From Acidobacteriota bacterium (GTDB lineage: Bacteria > Acidobacteriota > Thermoanaerobaculia > Gp7-AA8): DNA of 64,000 nucleotides. The notes below the pieces were generated by a model. That model was not told where the DNA came from. It saw nothing but the letters and a program-made list of their open reading frames with translations, and did not search any database. Position numbers and translations under genes: made by a program. This document shows positions 46,481 through 57,799 of this stretch, piece by piece. Location: NCBI GenBank assembly GCA_019244185.1, contig JAFATB010000019.1, positions 64,001 to 128,000 of the forward strand, written 5' to 3'. Each line of letters opens with the position of its first letter. Position 1 is the stretch's first letter.

Positions 46481-48634
46481 ATGCGATTGTCACGCCCGGC
46501 CCGCCTCGCACGTTGGATGCTGCCGTTTGCGGTCGCGCTGTTTCTCGCGATCGAGACGTTCTGCATTTACATTTTCGTGCTCGACGTGCGCATGATGCGC
46601 GCGCTCGGCAGCCGCAGCTGGCGCCGTCCGACGATCCTCGCCACCGACGCCGGCGGCCGCACGCGCGAGTTCGCGCGCGTGTACGGCGTCGACTGGCGCG
46701 TCACGCCGCCGGTGCTCATCGAGACGCTGCCGCCGCACGTCGCCGACGCCTTCCTCGCCGCCGAAGACGTGCGCTTCCGCCACCACATCGGCGTCGATCC
46801 GGTCGGCATCGCGCGCGCGCTCCTCACCAACGTGCGCGCGGGCGGCATCGCACAAGGCGGCTCGACCATCACGCAGCAGATCGTCAAACAGCGCTTCCTG
46901 ACGCAGGAGCGCACGTGGTCGCGCAAGATCGTGGAAGGCATCCTCGCCGTCGTGCTCGACGCGCGTCTCTCGAAAGACGACATCCTCGAGCTCTACCTCA
47001 ACGACGTCTACCTTGGACATCACGCAGGCGCGGCGATCCTCGGCATCGACGAAGCCTCGCGTCTCTACTTCGACAAGCCGCCGCGTTTGCTGCGCGTCGA
47101 CGAGGCGGCGCTGCTCGCGGGGATGATCCGCGCGCCGAATCGCGACAATCCGGAGAAACGCCCCGACCTCGTGCGCGCGCGCCGCGACGCGATCCTCGGC
47201 GTCATGCGCGACCATCACTGGATCGACGACGCGGAGTATCGCGCCGCCGTCGCGCAGCAGGCCGACGTCTCGCGCGGCGCGCTGCCGGAGACGCCGTATC
47301 CGTATTACCTCCGCGCGTTGCGCACGGAGTTCGTACGCGAGCTCGGTGAACGCGTGCTCGCCGAAGGCGGCCTCACCATCGTCTGCGAGCTCGATCCCGC
47401 GGCGCAGCGCGCGGCCGAACGCGAGGCGCAGCGCGGCGTGGCGCGGCTCGAAGCGCGCTACTCGTGGATCCGCCAGCAGTCGCGCACCGATCCGCTGCAG
47501 GTGGCGATCCTCACCGTCGATCCGCGCAACGGCGGCGTGCGCGCGCTCGTCGGCGGCGCCGACTTTCATCGCTCGCCGTTCGACCGCACCTGGCAGATGC
47601 GCCGCCAGCCCGGCTCCGCGTTCAAGTCGTTCGCGTATCTCGCCGCGATCGCGTCGAAGCGCGCCACGCCGGCGACGCTGCTCCTCGACGCGCCGTTGCG
47701 CGTGGAGCTGAGCAGCGATGAAGTGTGGGAGCCGCAGAACTACGATCAGAACTATCGCGGCCGCGTGACGCTGCGCGAATCGTTCGAACGCTCGCTCAAC
47801 GTGCCGACCGTGCGGCTCACCGAACAGATCGGCCTGCGGCGCGTGGTCGGCGCGGCGAAGGACTTCGGCTTCCAGGACATCCAGTCGATTCCCGCGCTGC
47901 CACTCGGCGTCGTCGAAGTCACGATGCGCGAGCTCACCGCCGCATACACCGCGTTCCCGAACCTCGGCCAGCGCGTCGAGCCATTCCTCCTGCAGCGCGT
48001 CGCGAACCGCAACGGCAAGGTGCTGTACGAACACGAGCTGAAGTCGAAGCGCGTCGTCGACGCCGCGCCCGCGTACGTTTTGCACACGCTGCTGCGCGGC
48101 GTCGTGCGCCGCGGCACCGCCACGCGACTGCGCCGCTACGGCCTCGGCTACGTGGCCGGCAAGACCGGTACGACGAACGACTATCGCGACGCGTGGTTCG
48201 TCGGCTACACCGCCGACGCCGTGTCGACGGTCTGGGTCGGCTACGACCGCGGCGCGCCGCTGCGGCTCTCGTCGTCGGAAGCCGCGATTCCGATCTGGGG
48301 TGCGTACATGAGCGCCACGCCACACCAGCCGTCGAATCCGAAGCCGCCCGCCGGCGTCACGTTCCGCGACATCGATCCGGAGTCGGGGATGCTGTGGCAG
48401 GACGGCTGTCCCGGTCCGATCCGCGAAGTGTTTCTCGACGGCACCGCGCCGACGCGCCGCTGTCCGCGCGGCATCTTCGGACGCATCGTGCGCCGCGTGC
48501 TGTTCGATGAAGATCACTTCGACGAGCCGCCCGCGATCACGTTCGAGCAGTTCCGCCGCTGGGCGAACGAAGTCGACCGCAACCGGCAGGACGTCGAAGG
48601 CGCGCTCGACAAACTGCGGCGCTGGTTCCATTGA
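46481..48634 (+). CDS. Class A penicillin-binding protein (transglycosylase-transpeptidase)
   Basis: EDVRF..H.G.D, GGSTITQQ, RKI.E; QPGSAFK (SxxK), SLN, KTG. Confidence 0.93.
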   Translation: MRLSRPARLARWMLPFAVALFLAIETFCIYIFVLDVRMMRALGSRSWRRPTILATDAGGRTREFARVYGVDWRVTPPVLIETLPPHVADAFLAAEDVRFRHHIGVDPVGIARALLTNVRAGGIAQGGSTITQQIVKQRFLTQERTWSRKIVEGILAVVLDARLSKDDILELYLNDVYLGHHAGAAILGIDEASRLYFDKPPRLLRVDEAALLAGMIRAPNRDNPEKRPDLVRARRDAILGVMRDHHWIDDAEYRAAVAQQADVSRGALPETPYPYYLRALRTEFVRELGERVLAEGGLTIVCELDPAAQRAAEREAQRGVARLEARYSWIRQQSRTDPLQVAILTVDPRNGGVRALVGGADFHRSPFDRTWQMRRQPGSAFKSFAYLAAIASKRATPATLLLDAPLRVELSSDEVWEPQNYDQNYRGRVTLRESFERSLNVPTVRLTEQIGLRRVVGAAKDFGFQDIQSIPALPLGVVEVTMRELTAAYTAFPNLGQRVEPFLLQRVANRNGKVLYEHELKSKRVVDAAPAYVLHTLLRGVVRRGTATRLRRYGLGYVAGKTGTTNDYRDAWFVGYTADAVSTVWVGYDRGAPLRLSSSEAAIPIWGAYMSATPHQPSNPKPPAGVTFRDIDPESGMLWQDGCPGPIREVFLDGTAPTRRCPRGIFGRIVRRVLFDEDHFDEPPAITFEQFRRWANEVDRNRQDVEGALDKLRRWFH

Positions 48635-48687
48635 TCGCGCTTAAAACCGTGCAAGACGCCGCGCGCGCGGATCGCTACGGTATGCGC

Positions 48688-50001
48688 ATGAAACGCCTCC
48701 TGTTCCTTGCGCTCCTCGCGACCACTGCCGCCGCCGACACGCCGATCGCCGCGACCGCACGAGCGCACGTCGTCGACGAGATCGCGCGGCAGATCACCGC
48801 GCGTTACGTGCTCGTCGACGCCGCGCCGAAGATCGCCGCCGCTCTGCGCGCGCGGACATACGACGACGCCACGACCGCGGAAGCGTTCGCGCGCGCGCTC
48901 ACCGACGATCTGCGCACGATCGGAAACGACCTCCATTTCGCCGTCGAATTCGATCCCGCGCGCGAACAGCGCCTGCGCGCCGCCGGCGCCGGCACGTTGC
49001 GCAAACTTCCCGACGTGCCGCCTACGCCCGACGAGCTCGAGTCGATGCGGCGTGCGAACTACGGATTCCGTAGTAGCTCGATCCTCGAAGGCAACGTCGG
49101 CTATCTCGAGCTGACGACGTTCGAAGACCTCGCGCGCTCGCGCGAGACCGCCGTCGCGGCGATGCAGTTCCTCGCGCACACCGACGCGCTCATCGTCGAT
49201 CTGCGCCGCAATCCCGGCGGCAGCGGCAACCTCGTGTCGTTTCTCCAGAGCTACTTCCTCCCGCCCGATACGCGCCTCGGCGCGATGTTCGACCGCGAGA
49301 CCGGCAAGACCACCGAAGGCCGCACGCTGCGCGCGATTCCGGGCGCGCGGCGCCTCGACATCCCGCTCTACATCCTCGCCGGACCCGGCACCGGCTCCGC
49401 GGCGGAAGCCTTCGCATTCGGCCTGCAGCTGCGCGGACGCGCGCGCATCGCCGGCGAGAAAACGTCGGGCGCGGCGCAGGGCGGCGGGTGGGTGCCGGCG
49501 GCGGAAGGCTTCGTCGTCTTCATCCCGACGTTCCGCGCGTTCGATCCAGCGACTGGGAAAACGTGGGAGCGCGTCGGCGTGCAGCCCGATCTCGCCGCGC
49601 CGGTCGAGCGCGCGCTCGCGGTCGCGCATCTCGACGCCGTGAACGCGCTCGCGGAGCACGCGAGCGACGACCGCAAACGCGAGCTGCACTGGCTCGCGGC
49701 GCTGCTCGACGTCGACGCGCACGGCGCGAAGCCGCTCGACGCGAACGACGCCGGCGCGATCGTCGGCCACTATCGCGGTATCGAGATCGAACGCGACGGC
49801 GATGCGCTCACCTTCCTCGGCGCGAGCGGCGTGAAACGCACGCTCATCCCGCTCGGCGACGGCACGTTCCTCATCGAAGACCGTTCCGTTCCGCGCATGA
49901 ATCAGGCGCGCGTGCGCTTCGTGCGCGACGATGCCGGACGCGTGAACGGACTCGAGCTCCTCACCGTGAGCGGGCAGGTGCTTCCGCGCCCGCGGCTTTG
50001 A
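48688..50001 (+). CDS. S41 family (IRBP-like) peptidase, secreted
   Basis: Signal peptide, NVGYL, DLRRNPGG, TGSAAE, GE.T.G, WE.VGVQPD. Confidence 0.88.
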   Translation: MKRLLFLALLATTAAADTPIAATARAHVVDEIARQITARYVLVDAAPKIAAALRARTYDDATTAEAFARALTDDLRTIGNDLHFAVEFDPAREQRLRAAGAGTLRKLPDVPPTPDELESMRRANYGFRSSSILEGNVGYLELTTFEDLARSRETAVAAMQFLAHTDALIVDLRRNPGGSGNLVSFLQSYFLPPDTRLGAMFDRETGKTTEGRTLRAIPGARRLDIPLYILAGPGTGSAAEAFAFGLQLRGRARIAGEKTSGAAQGGGWVPAAEGFVVFIPTFRAFDPATGKTWERVGVQPDLAAPVERALAVAHLDAVNALAEHASDDRKRELHWLAALLDVDAHGAKPLDANDAGAIVGHYRGIEIERDGDALTFLGASGVKRTLIPLGDGTFLIEDRSVPRMNQARVRFVRDDAGRVNGLELLTVSGQVLPRPRL

Positions 50002-50026
50002 CAAACACGCCGCACGGTTCTACATT
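49998..50026 (+). promoter_or_regulatory. Sigma70 promoter TTGACA-N17-TACATT
   Basis: -35 TTGACA 49998-50003, 17-nt spacer, -10 TACATT 50021-50026. Predicted start near 50033, just before the riboswitch. Confidence 0.8.
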
Positions 50027-50033
50027 GCGAATC

Positions 50034-50088
50034 GCTGGATTGATTTGGGGCCGCTTGCAACCAGCTTAAAAAAAGCTAAATCGCCGGC
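50034..50088 (+). ncRNA. SAM-II-like riboswitch aptamer (H-type pseudoknot)
   Basis: P1 GCTGG/CCAGC (50034-38 / 50061-65), GATTT (50042-46), TTGC (50055-58), A-rich linker, GCTAAA (50075-80), GCCG/CGGC pairing. Upstream of a methionine synthesis gene. Confidence 0.82.
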
Positions 50089-50113
50089 AAGTCGAACGCA
50101 TCGCATTCGAATC

Positions 50114-50150
50114 GGCCCCACGTCCTTCCGGCGTGGGGCTTTGTCTTTTT
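50114..50150 (+). terminator. Intrinsic terminator (riboswitch expression platform)
   Basis: GCCCCACG/CGTGGGGC stem (50115-22 / 50132-39) followed by TTTGTCTTTTT, immediately before ATG 50151. Confidence 0.8.
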
Positions 50151-52013
50151 ATGGAGTTCATCCAGGCAATCGCCGACGAGCACGTCTACCTCTTCGATGG
50201 TGCGATGGGGACGATGCTCTACGCGAAGGGCGTCTTCATCAACAAGTGCTACGACGAGCTGAACGTGCGCTCGCCGGAGATCGTGCTCGAGGTGCACCGG
50301 CAGTACGTGCGCGCGGGCGCGGAGATTCTCGAGACCAACACCTACGGCGCGAATCGCGTGAAGCTGCAGAGCTTCGGCATCGAGGACGAGCTGCGCGACA
50401 TCAACCTGCGCGCCGCCGAGATCGCGCGCAAGGCCGCGGGCGATTCCGTCTACGTCGCCGGCGCGATGGGACCGCTGGGCATCCGCATCGAGCCGTACGG
50501 ACCGATGGCGCTCGACGAGGCGCGCGGGATCTTTCGCGAACAGGCCGAGGCGCTGCGGGACGGCGGCGTGGATCTGTTCGTGCTCGAGACGTTCTCGAAC
50601 CTCAGCGAGATCGAACAGGCGCTCGAGGCGGTGCGCGACGTCTGCTCGCTGCCGGTGATCGCGCAGGTCACGATCGGCACCGACGGCCGCACGGTCTTCG
50701 GCGACACGCCGCGCGTCATCGCGCAGCGGCTCGACCGCGCCGGCGTCGACGTCATCGGCCTCAACTGCTCGGTCGGTCCCGACGTCATGCTCGACGCGAT
50801 CGAGGAGATGGCCGCGGTGACCGCGAAGAAGATCTCCTGTCAGCCGAACGCCGGCCTGCCGCGCGACGTCAACGGGCGGCAGATGTACATGGCCTCCCCT
50901 GACTACTTCGGCAAGTACGCCAAGCGGCTGATCCACAAGGGCGTCAAATTCATCGGCGGCTGCTGCGGCACGACGCCGGAGCACATCAAAGTCATGGCCG
51001 ACGCGGTGCGCCCGCTCTCGCCGCGGCGCGCGTTCGTCGTCGTCGAAAACGATCCGGCCGCCGACAAGCCCGCGGGCCGCGAGCCGGTGCCGATGTGCGA
51101 CCGCTCGCGCTGGGGCGAAAAGCTCGCGCGCGGCACGTTCGTCACCACGATCGAGATCACGCCGCCGAAAGGCGCGAACGCGGACGCGATGGTGCGCTCG
51201 GTGGAGAGCATCCGCGCCGCCGGAGTTGACGCCGTCAACGTCCCCGATGGCCCGCGCGCGCAAAACCGCATGGGCGCCATCGCCGTGGCCGTGCTGCTGC
51301 AGCAGCGCGTCGGCATCGAAGCGGTGCTGCACTACTGCTGCCGCGACCGCAATCTCCTCGGCATGCACTCCGATCTTCTCGGCTGCGCGGCGCTCGGCGT
51401 GCACAACCTGCTGCTGATCACCGGCGATCCGCCGAAGATGGGACCGTATCCCGAGGCGACGGCGGTGTTCGACATCGACAGCATCGGCCTCACGAACATG
51501 GTGAGCCTGATGAACCGCGGCCTCGACCTCGGCGGCAACCCATTCGGCGACGCCACGTGCTTCACGATCGGCGTCGGCGTGAATCCCGGTCATCTCGATC
51601 TCGATTACGAGCTGCGCCGCCTCGACTGGAAAGTGAAAGCCGGCGCCGAGTACGCGATCACGCAGCCGGTGTTCGACGTGCGGCAGCTCGAGCATTTCCT
51701 CGCGCGCATCGAACATCTGCACCTGCCCGTCGTCGCCGGCATCTGGCCGCTGCTCTCGTATCGCAACGCGCAGTTCATGAACAACGAAGTGCCGGGCGTC
51801 TCCGTGCCGGACGACGTCATGGAGCGCATGCGCATCGCGAGCGAGAAGGGCAAAGAGTTCGCGCTCGTCGAAGGCGTGACCATCGCGCGCGAGACGCTGG
51901 CCCGCGTGCGCGAGCGCGTCGCCGGCGTGCAGGTCTCCGCGCCGCTGGGACGCGTCGATCTCGCGCTGCAGGTGTTCGACGGACTCGTCGAGAAGCGCGT
52001 CAGCGCGTCGTGA
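50151..52013 (+). CDS. yitJ: Bifunctional homocysteine S-methyltransferase / 5,10-methylenetetrahydrofolate reductase
   Basis: FDGAMGT, GLNCS.GP, PNAGLP, IGGCCGTTPEHI; MTHFR half EITPP, DGP, RDRN, ITGDPP, ITQPVFD. Confidence 0.92.
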   Translation: MEFIQAIADEHVYLFDGAMGTMLYAKGVFINKCYDELNVRSPEIVLEVHRQYVRAGAEILETNTYGANRVKLQSFGIEDELRDINLRAAEIARKAAGDSVYVAGAMGPLGIRIEPYGPMALDEARGIFREQAEALRDGGVDLFVLETFSNLSEIEQALEAVRDVCSLPVIAQVTIGTDGRTVFGDTPRVIAQRLDRAGVDVIGLNCSVGPDVMLDAIEEMAAVTAKKISCQPNAGLPRDVNGRQMYMASPDYFGKYAKRLIHKGVKFIGGCCGTTPEHIKVMADAVRPLSPRRAFVVVENDPAADKPAGREPVPMCDRSRWGEKLARGTFVTTIEITPPKGANADAMVRSVESIRAAGVDAVNVPDGPRAQNRMGAIAVAVLLQQRVGIEAVLHYCCRDRNLLGMHSDLLGCAALGVHNLLLITGDPPKMGPYPEATAVFDIDSIGLTNMVSLMNRGLDLGGNPFGDATCFTIGVGVNPGHLDLDYELRRLDWKVKAGAEYAITQPVFDVRQLEHFLARIEHLHLPVVAGIWPLLSYRNAQFMNNEVPGVSVPDDVMERMRIASEKGKEFALVEGVTIARETLARVRERVAGVQVSAPLGRVDLALQVFDGLVEKRVSAS

Positions 52014-53120
52014 TCAACGCCTGCGGATGACGGCGATCGAGACGTCGTCTTCCGGCGGACGCGCGCCGGAGAACACGCGCCATTCGCCGACGAGCGAGTC
52101 GACGAGACCGACGGCGCTCGCGTCGGGATGCCAGCCGGCGATCACCTCGACGTACGCGTCGCCGAATTCCGTTTCGGCGGCGTTGCGCGCTTCCGTCAGG
52201 CCGTCCGACGCGAGCAGCAGACGCTCGCCGCTCGCGAGCGTGCCGTGCACGACGTCCCACGCGAGCCCTTGCTTCACGCCGAGGGGATAGGCGCCGCGGC
52301 CGATGCGCTCGACGACTCTGCCCTGCGCGTCGATCTTCAGAATCGGCGGATGTCCTGAGACCGTCGCGACGTACGTGCCGTCGGGCGAGAGCAGGAAGTA
52401 GCAGCACGAGAAGAACGAGCGCGAGCCGCCGGTGCGGCAGAGGATGCGGTTGAGCGACGCGACGATCGACTGCGGTTCCGGGTCGACGTCGAGCTGCGTG
52501 CGGAACGCCGCGTGCGCGACCGCCATCACCAGTCCCGCCGCCATGCCGTGTCCCGACGCGTCGCCGAAGAGAACCGCGAGGCGGCCGTCGGGCAATGGGA
52601 CGAAATCGTAGATGTCGCCGCCGACGGTGTTCGCGATGCGGTTGAACGCCGCGAGCTCCCACACGTCGCTCTGCGGCAGCTGCTGCGGGATGAGGCTCGC
52701 CTGCAGATCGCGCGCGAGCTGCAGCTCGTCGCGGAACTTGATCTTGTCGATCAGCTCCATCGCCAGGAGCAGCGTCATCATCAGAAACGTCGCGGTGAGC
52801 TCGAGGAACGTGCCGAGCGGCGGATGCCGCATCGCGCTGAACACCGACAGCAGGCACGCGAAGAAGGCGATGAACGAGAGCAGGAACAGGATGCGCCGAT
52901 GCGGCGCGAGCTTCTTCGCGAGGCCATAGAAGATCGCGCTGGTCGAGCGCACGAAGCGCCGCACGCGCTTCCGCTCCCGCGCGATCGAGTCGAGATGCTC
53001 GGCCATGAGCATCTTCTTCGTCTCCGGCCATTCGAGCGCGTAGAGGTTCGTCACATCGTTGGTGGTCAACGAGGTGACGGTGCTCTTGCCGAGGTCGATC
53101 CAGTCGCGGAGACGGGCCAT
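52014..53120 (-). CDS. SpoIIE/RsbU-type PP2C phosphatase with two TM helices
   Basis: ARDLQASL.P, VGGDIYD, GDASGHG, GHPP, SDGL.EA, DD.S. Confidence 0.9.
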   Translation of the reverse strand: MARLRDWIDLGKSTVTSLTTNDVTNLYALEWPETKKMLMAEHLDSIARERKRVRRFVRSTSAIFYGLAKKLAPHRRILFLLSFIAFFACLLSVFSAMRHPPLGTFLELTATFLMMTLLLAMELIDKIKFRDELQLARDLQASLIPQQLPQSDVWELAAFNRIANTVGGDIYDFVPLPDGRLAVLFGDASGHGMAAGLVMAVAHAAFRTQLDVDPEPQSIVASLNRILCRTGGSRSFFSCCYFLLSPDGTYVATVSGHPPILKIDAQGRVVERIGRGAYPLGVKQGLAWDVVHGTLASGERLLLASDGLTEARNAAETEFGDAYVEVIAGWHPDASAVGLVDSLVGEWRVFSGARPPEDDVSIAVIRRR

Positions 53121-53132
53121 CTGAGAGACGTT

Positions 53133-53159
53133 TACGGATTCAAGACGAGCGGGGTTTTC
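53133..53159 (-). promoter_or_regulatory. Putative ECF promoter GAAAAC-N17-CGTA
   Basis: Minus strand GAAAAC 53159-53154, CGTA 53136-53133. Confidence 0.45.
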
Positions 53160-53167
53160 GGAACGGC

Positions 53168-53273
53168 TGAATGAAGAACGCAGAACGCGGAATGAAGAAT
53201 TCAGAAAGGGAGAACCGAAGCGCGGAGCGTCCTCTTCTCAATTCTTCATTCTGCGTTCTGCGTTCTTCATTCA
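53168..53273. repeat. Heptamer-built inverted-repeat element, copy 2
   Basis: Arms 53169-53200 / 53241-53272 (one mismatch). The reverse complement of 53234-53273 is identical to 3399-3438 (40 bp). Confidence 0.9.
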
Positions 53274-53290
53274 TCTTTTAAACTCTCTCC

Positions 53291-56200
53291 GTGCCTCGCA
53301 GGCTCGCGTTCTTCCTCCTCGCCGTCGCGCTTGGTCTGCGCGCGCACGCGCAGGAACTGCCGTTCACGCAGTTCACGCCGAGCGATCAGGGCACTCCGCT
53401 TCCGTCCGCCAGCGTTCAGAAAGTCGTGCAGGACCACCTCGGCTTCATCTGGTTCGCGTTCTACTCGTCCGGCATCGCGCGCTACGACGGCCACGCGATG
53501 GAAAACTACGGCGTCTCCGACGGCCTCGTCGATCTCACCGTCCGCGAGATCGCGGAAGACGCGACGCATCATCTGTGGGTCGGCTCGGAAGCAGGGCTCG
53601 TCGTCTCCGACAAGCCGCTCGACGCGTATCGCGCGGGCGAGCGTCTGCGGTTCGTGTCGAACGTCGGCGGCGTCGCGCTCGCGCGCACGCGCATCCGCCG
53701 CAACTGCCTCATCGCGGCGAATGACGGGTGGGTGTGGGTCGGAACGCAGGACGGCATCGTGCGCTACCGCTTCGACGGGAACGGCGAGCTCGCGACGAGC
53801 AACGCCGATCTGCGCGACACGGAACAACCCGCGGCCGCGCTGGTGCTGTTCGCGCGTCGCGACGGCACGCTGCTCGCGGGTCTGCTCGGCGGCACGATCG
53901 TCGCGCTCGACGCGCGCGGCAACGTGCAGCGCATCGTCGCGCGCACGCAGCCGGTCGTCGGCGCATTCGCGGAGACCGCGGACGGCGCGTTGTGGGGCGG
54001 CGCGGTCGACGGCTCGATCGTGCGCTTCGACGCCGACACGCCGCGTGTCGTGAACCACGATCTCGGCGAGCGCATCGTGACGCTCCTCGCCACGCGCGAC
54101 GGCGACTTGTGGGCGGCGAGCCTCGGCAGCGGCGCGGTGCGCATTCAGCTGCGCGATCCCGCGCATCCGTTGCGCGTCACGCACGCGAACGGTCTCCTCG
54201 GCGACACGCTCTGGTCGCTGCTCGAAGACCGCGAAGGCAATCTCTGGTTCGGCCAGAACGGCGGCGTGTCGCGGCTGCGGCGCGGCTATCGCGCGTTCAG
54301 CGCGTACACGGCCGAGTCGTCGCCGGCGCTGCCGGATCCCGGCACGTTCGCCGCGATTCCGCGCGGGATCGCGCACGCGCCGTGGAACGACGCGCTCTGG
54401 ATCGGCACCGGCGGCGGACTCGCGGCCATCGATGCGAACGGCTCCGTGTCGACGCTCCGCGCCGCCGACGGGCTCTTTTCGAATCAGGTCTACGCGTTCG
54501 GTGACGACGGCGCCGGCCGTCTCTGGATCGGCACATCCGCGGGCGTCAACTGCCTGTCGCTCGCCGGTTCGGAGCCGCCGCCCTTCAGCGTCATGCAGCG
54601 CAAGCCGGTGACGATCGCGGGCGTGCACGCGGTGCTCAGCGCGATCGGCTTCGACTCGACGTATGCCGCGCACGGCAACGGACGCGCGATGTGCTTCGCC
54701 GGCGGCTGGGGCGTCGCGTGCCTCATGGACGACGCGTGGTATCTGCTGCGCGCCAACGCGGGACTGCCGGCCGCGGGGGCGTCGAGTCTCGCCTTCGACG
54801 CGAACGGCTATCTCTGGATCGGCAGCATCGACCACGGCGTGTACCGCACGCGCGCGCCGCTCGCGGAGAGTCTTGCGACCGCGCAACTCGATGGCGCGTC
54901 GCATCGCGAAGTCGCGCAACCGATCGTCGCGCCGGTGTGGACGAAGGCGAACGGCGCGCCGGCGGAGAACGTGCGGTCGCTCTTCGCCGACGCTCGCGGA
55001 CGGATCTGGGTCGGCACCGGCGTCGGCCTCGCGGTCGTCGACGCGGCGCCGCCGTTCCGCGCGACGCGCGTCCTCGAAGGACATCCCATCGTCGGCATGA
55101 CGCCGTCGCGCGACGGTCGGAGCATCTTCGTCAGCGACAACGCGGGGCTCGTCGAAGTCGACGCCGCGACGCTGCGCGTGCGCGCGCGCATCACGAAAGC
55201 GGACGGCCTCGTCGACGACGAGGCGTGGGCGTACGGTCCGCTGACGACGGGACCGGACGGCCGCATTCACTTCGCGACGCCGAGCGGTCTCTCGATCTTC
55301 GATCCCGCGCTGCGCGACGCCGCCGCGCCGGCGCCGATCGTGCGGCTGCGCAACGTCGAGATCGGCGCGGACCACGACGTCGCGTTCGAGTATGCCGCGC
55401 TCACGTTCCTCGACGAGGCGCGCGTTCGCTACCGCACGCGGCTCGAGGGCTTCGACCGCGGCTGGTCGAATCCGACGAGCGACGTGAAGATCCGCTACAC
55501 GAACCTCCCGGCGCTCTTCTTCGCGCGCGACTACACGTTCGAAGTCGAGGCGCGCAACGGCGACGGCGCGTGGTCGAAGCCGGCGGTCTATCGCATGTCC
55601 ATTCAGCCGCCGCTCTGGCTGCGGTGGTGGGCGGCGCTGCTCTACGCCGCGCTCGTCGTGTGGCTGCTGTGGCTGACGAACCGCTACCGCACGCGCCAGC
55701 TCAAGCGCAAGAACCGGGTGCTCGAAGACCTGGTGCTTGCGCGCACGGCCGAGATCCGCGCGCAGGCGCGCGAGCTCGAGACGCTCGACCGCATCGTTGA
55801 AGTGATCAACCGCGAGGTCGTGCTCGAGAACGTGCTCAAGAGCATTCTCGATCAGGGCATGAAGCTCTTTCCGCAGGCGGAGAAAGGAGTCTTCATCCGC
55901 TTCGACGAGCAGACCGGCCGCACGGAGGCGATCGCGTACTCCGGCTACGACGCCGACTTTTTCCGCGGCATCTCGATGACCTTCGAAGAGACCATGCGCC
56001 GCTACTCCGAGCGCGCGGAGCAGCTCGAGGAAGGCGTCTATCTCATCAAAGGCGACGCGTTCCGCGACCTCGAAGGCAACGATCGCCTCGCGCATTTCCC
56101 GCGGCCGAAGGCGATGCTTGCGATGGCCGTCACGCTCGGTGGCCGCATGGAAGGCTTCCTCGTCTTCGACAACTTCTCGAACGAGCAGGCCTTCGGCCGC

Positions 56201-57799
56201 TCCGACCTGCAGAAGCTCGCGCGCGTCCGCGAGCACGCCATCTCCGCGATCGCGAAGGCGCGCATCCTGCGCGAGCTGCAGATCAAGAACGAGCAGGCCG
56301 AAGAGGCGAACCGCGCGAAGAGCATCTTCCTCGCGAACATGTCCCACGAGTTGCGCACGCCGATGAACGCGATCATCGGCTTCTCCGAGATCCTCGTCGA
56401 GCGCCTGCACGACCGCATCGAGCCGAAGTACCTCGGATTTCTCCGCTCCATCCTGCAGTCGGGGCAGCACCTCCTCAGCATCATCAACGACATCCTCGAT
56501 CTCTCGAAAGTCGAGGCGGGGAAGATGGAGCTGTATCCCGAGACCTTCAGCGTGCGCGGCGCGATCGACGGCGTCTGCCAGGTGATGAAGGGGCTCTCAT
56601 CGAAGAAGACGGTCACGTTCGACGTCGACGTCGCGCCCGACGTCACCGACATCGAGACCGATCACGCGAAGTTCAAGCAGATCCTCTACAACCTGCTGTC
56701 GAACGCCGTGAAGTTCTCGAAGTCGCAGGGCGTCGTCACGATCCGCGCGCGCCGCGTCGGCGAGTCGGTGGCGATCTCCGTCATCGACCGCGGCATCGGC
56801 ATCGCGCCCGAACATCAGAAGGTGATCTTCGACGAGTTCCGCCAGGTCGAGAGCGCGATGAGCCGCTCGTACGGCGGCACGGGACTGGGGCTGTCGCTGG
56901 TGAAGAAGTTCGTCGAGCTGCAGCGCGGCAGCGTCGGCGTGCGCAGCGTCGTCGGCGAAGGAAGCGAGTTCACGTTCACGCTGCCGCTGCGTTTCGCCGG
57001 CACCGCGATCCCGAGTCCGATCGTCGGCCCCGACGGCGTGGTCGTGCCGCCGGGGAATCGCGTGCTCGTCGTCGAAGACGAAGATGAGGCGTTCGACACG
57101 CTGAGCGCGTATCTGCATTCGGCCGGCTACGTGCCGATCCGCGCCCGCTCCGGCGAAGAAGCGCTGAAGCTCGCGCGCGTCATGCGCCTGCACGCGATCA
57201 CGCTCGACCTCGTGCTGCCGGGCATGGAAGGGTGGAACGTGCTGCGCGAGCTCAAACGCGATCCGGCGACGGCGAACGTGCCGGTGATCATCGTCTCGAT
57301 GCTCGACAACCGCGAGCTCGCGCTCGCCGTCGGCGCGGAAGACTACTTCGTCAAGCCGGTCGACTGGCCGCGACTGCTGCGGCGCCTCGCGGAGATCACC
57401 GGTCCGGCGCGCGTCGCACGCGGCGCGCGCTTGCTCGTCGTCGACGATGACGCGGCCGTGCACGCGATGCTCGAACAGGAGCTCGAGCGCGAGGGCTACA
57501 TCGTCGAGAGCGCGGCGTCAGGCGCGGAAGGCCTCGCGCGCGCGGAGACGCTGCGTCCCGATGTGATCATCCTCGATCTCATGATGCCGGGCATGAGCGG
57601 CTTCGAGCTCGCCGACGCGCTGCGCCAGCGCGAGACCACCGCGCGCATTCCGATCGTCGTCTTCACGGCGAAGGAGCTGACCGCCGAAGACCGCGAGCGG
57701 CTGCGCCACGGCGTGAGCGGACTCGTGACGAAGGGCAGTGCCGCGGGCGCGCGGCTCATTCAAGCCATTCGCGCGCTGGAAACACCGGCGACGGCGTAA
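53291..57799 (+). CDS. Hybrid sensor histidine kinase (beta-propeller sensor, Y_Y_Y, TM, GAF, HisKA/HATPase, two receiver domains)
   Basis: Repeated D..G.LW.G propeller motifs, [41 protein letters not shown], two REC domains with LDL..P. Confidence 0.93.
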   Translation: MPRRLAFFLLAVALGLRAHAQELPFTQFTPSDQGTPLPSASVQKVVQDHLGFIWFAFYSSGIARYDGHAMENYGVSDGLVDLTVREIAEDATHHLWVGSEAGLVVSDKPLDAYRAGERLRFVSNVGGVALARTRIRRNCLIAANDGWVWVGTQDGIVRYRFDGNGELATSNADLRDTEQPAAALVLFARRDGTLLAGLLGGTIVALDARGNVQRIVARTQPVVGAFAETADGALWGGAVDGSIVRFDADTPRVVNHDLGERIVTLLATRDGDLWAASLGSGAVRIQLRDPAHPLRVTHANGLLGDTLWSLLEDREGNLWFGQNGGVSRLRRGYRAFSAYTAESSPALPDPGTFAAIPRGIAHAPWNDALWIGTGGGLAAIDANGSVSTLRAADGLFSNQVYAFGDDGAGRLWIGTSAGVNCLSLAGSEPPPFSVMQRKPVTIAGVHAVLSAIGFDSTYAAHGNGRAMCFAGGWGVACLMDDAWYLLRANAGLPAAGASSLAFDANGYLWIGSIDHGVYRTRAPLAESLATAQLDGASHREVAQPIVAPVWTKANGAPAENVRSLFADARGRIWVGTGVGLAVVDAAPPFRATRVLEGHPIVGMTPSRDGRSIFVSDNAGLVEVDAATLRVRARITKADGLVDDEAWAYGPLTTGPDGRIHFATPSGLSIFDPALRDAAAPAPIVRLRNVEIGADHDVAFEYAALTFLDEARVRYRTRLEGFDRGWSNPTSDVKIRYTNLPALFFARDYTFEVEARNGDGAWSKPAVYRMSIQPPLWLRWWAALLYAALVVWLLWLTNRYRTRQLKRKNRVLEDLVLARTAEIRAQARELETLDRIVEVINREVVLENVLKSILDQGMKLFPQAEKGVFIRFDEQTGRTEAIAYSGYDADFFRGISMTFEETMRRYSERAEQLEEGVYLIKGDAFRDLEGNDRLAHFPRPKAMLAMAVTLGGRMEGFLVFDNFSNEQAFGRSDLQKLARVREHAISAIAKARILRELQIKNEQAEEANRAKSIFLANMSHELRTPMNAIIGFSEILVERLHDRIEPKYLGFLRSILQSGQHLLSIINDILDLSKVEAGKMELYPETFSVRGAIDGVCQVMKGLSSKKTVTFDVDVAPDVTDIETDHAKFKQILYNLLSNAVKFSKSQGVVTIRARRVGESVAISVIDRGIGIAPEHQKVIFDEFRQVESAMSRSYGGTGLGLSLVKKFVELQRGSVGVRSVVGEGSEFTFTLPLRFAGTAIPSPIVGPDGVVVPPGNRVLVVEDEDEAFDTLSAYLHSAGYVPIRARSGEEALKLARVMRLHAITLDLVLPGMEGWNVLRELKRDPATANVPVIIVSMLDNRELALAVGAEDYFVKPVDWPRLLRRLAEITGPARVARGARLLVVDDDAAVHAMLEQELEREGYIVESAASGAEGLARAETLRPDVIILDLMMPGMSGFELADALRQRETTARIPIVVFTAKELTAEDRERLRHGVSGLVTKGSAAGARLIQAIRALETPATA

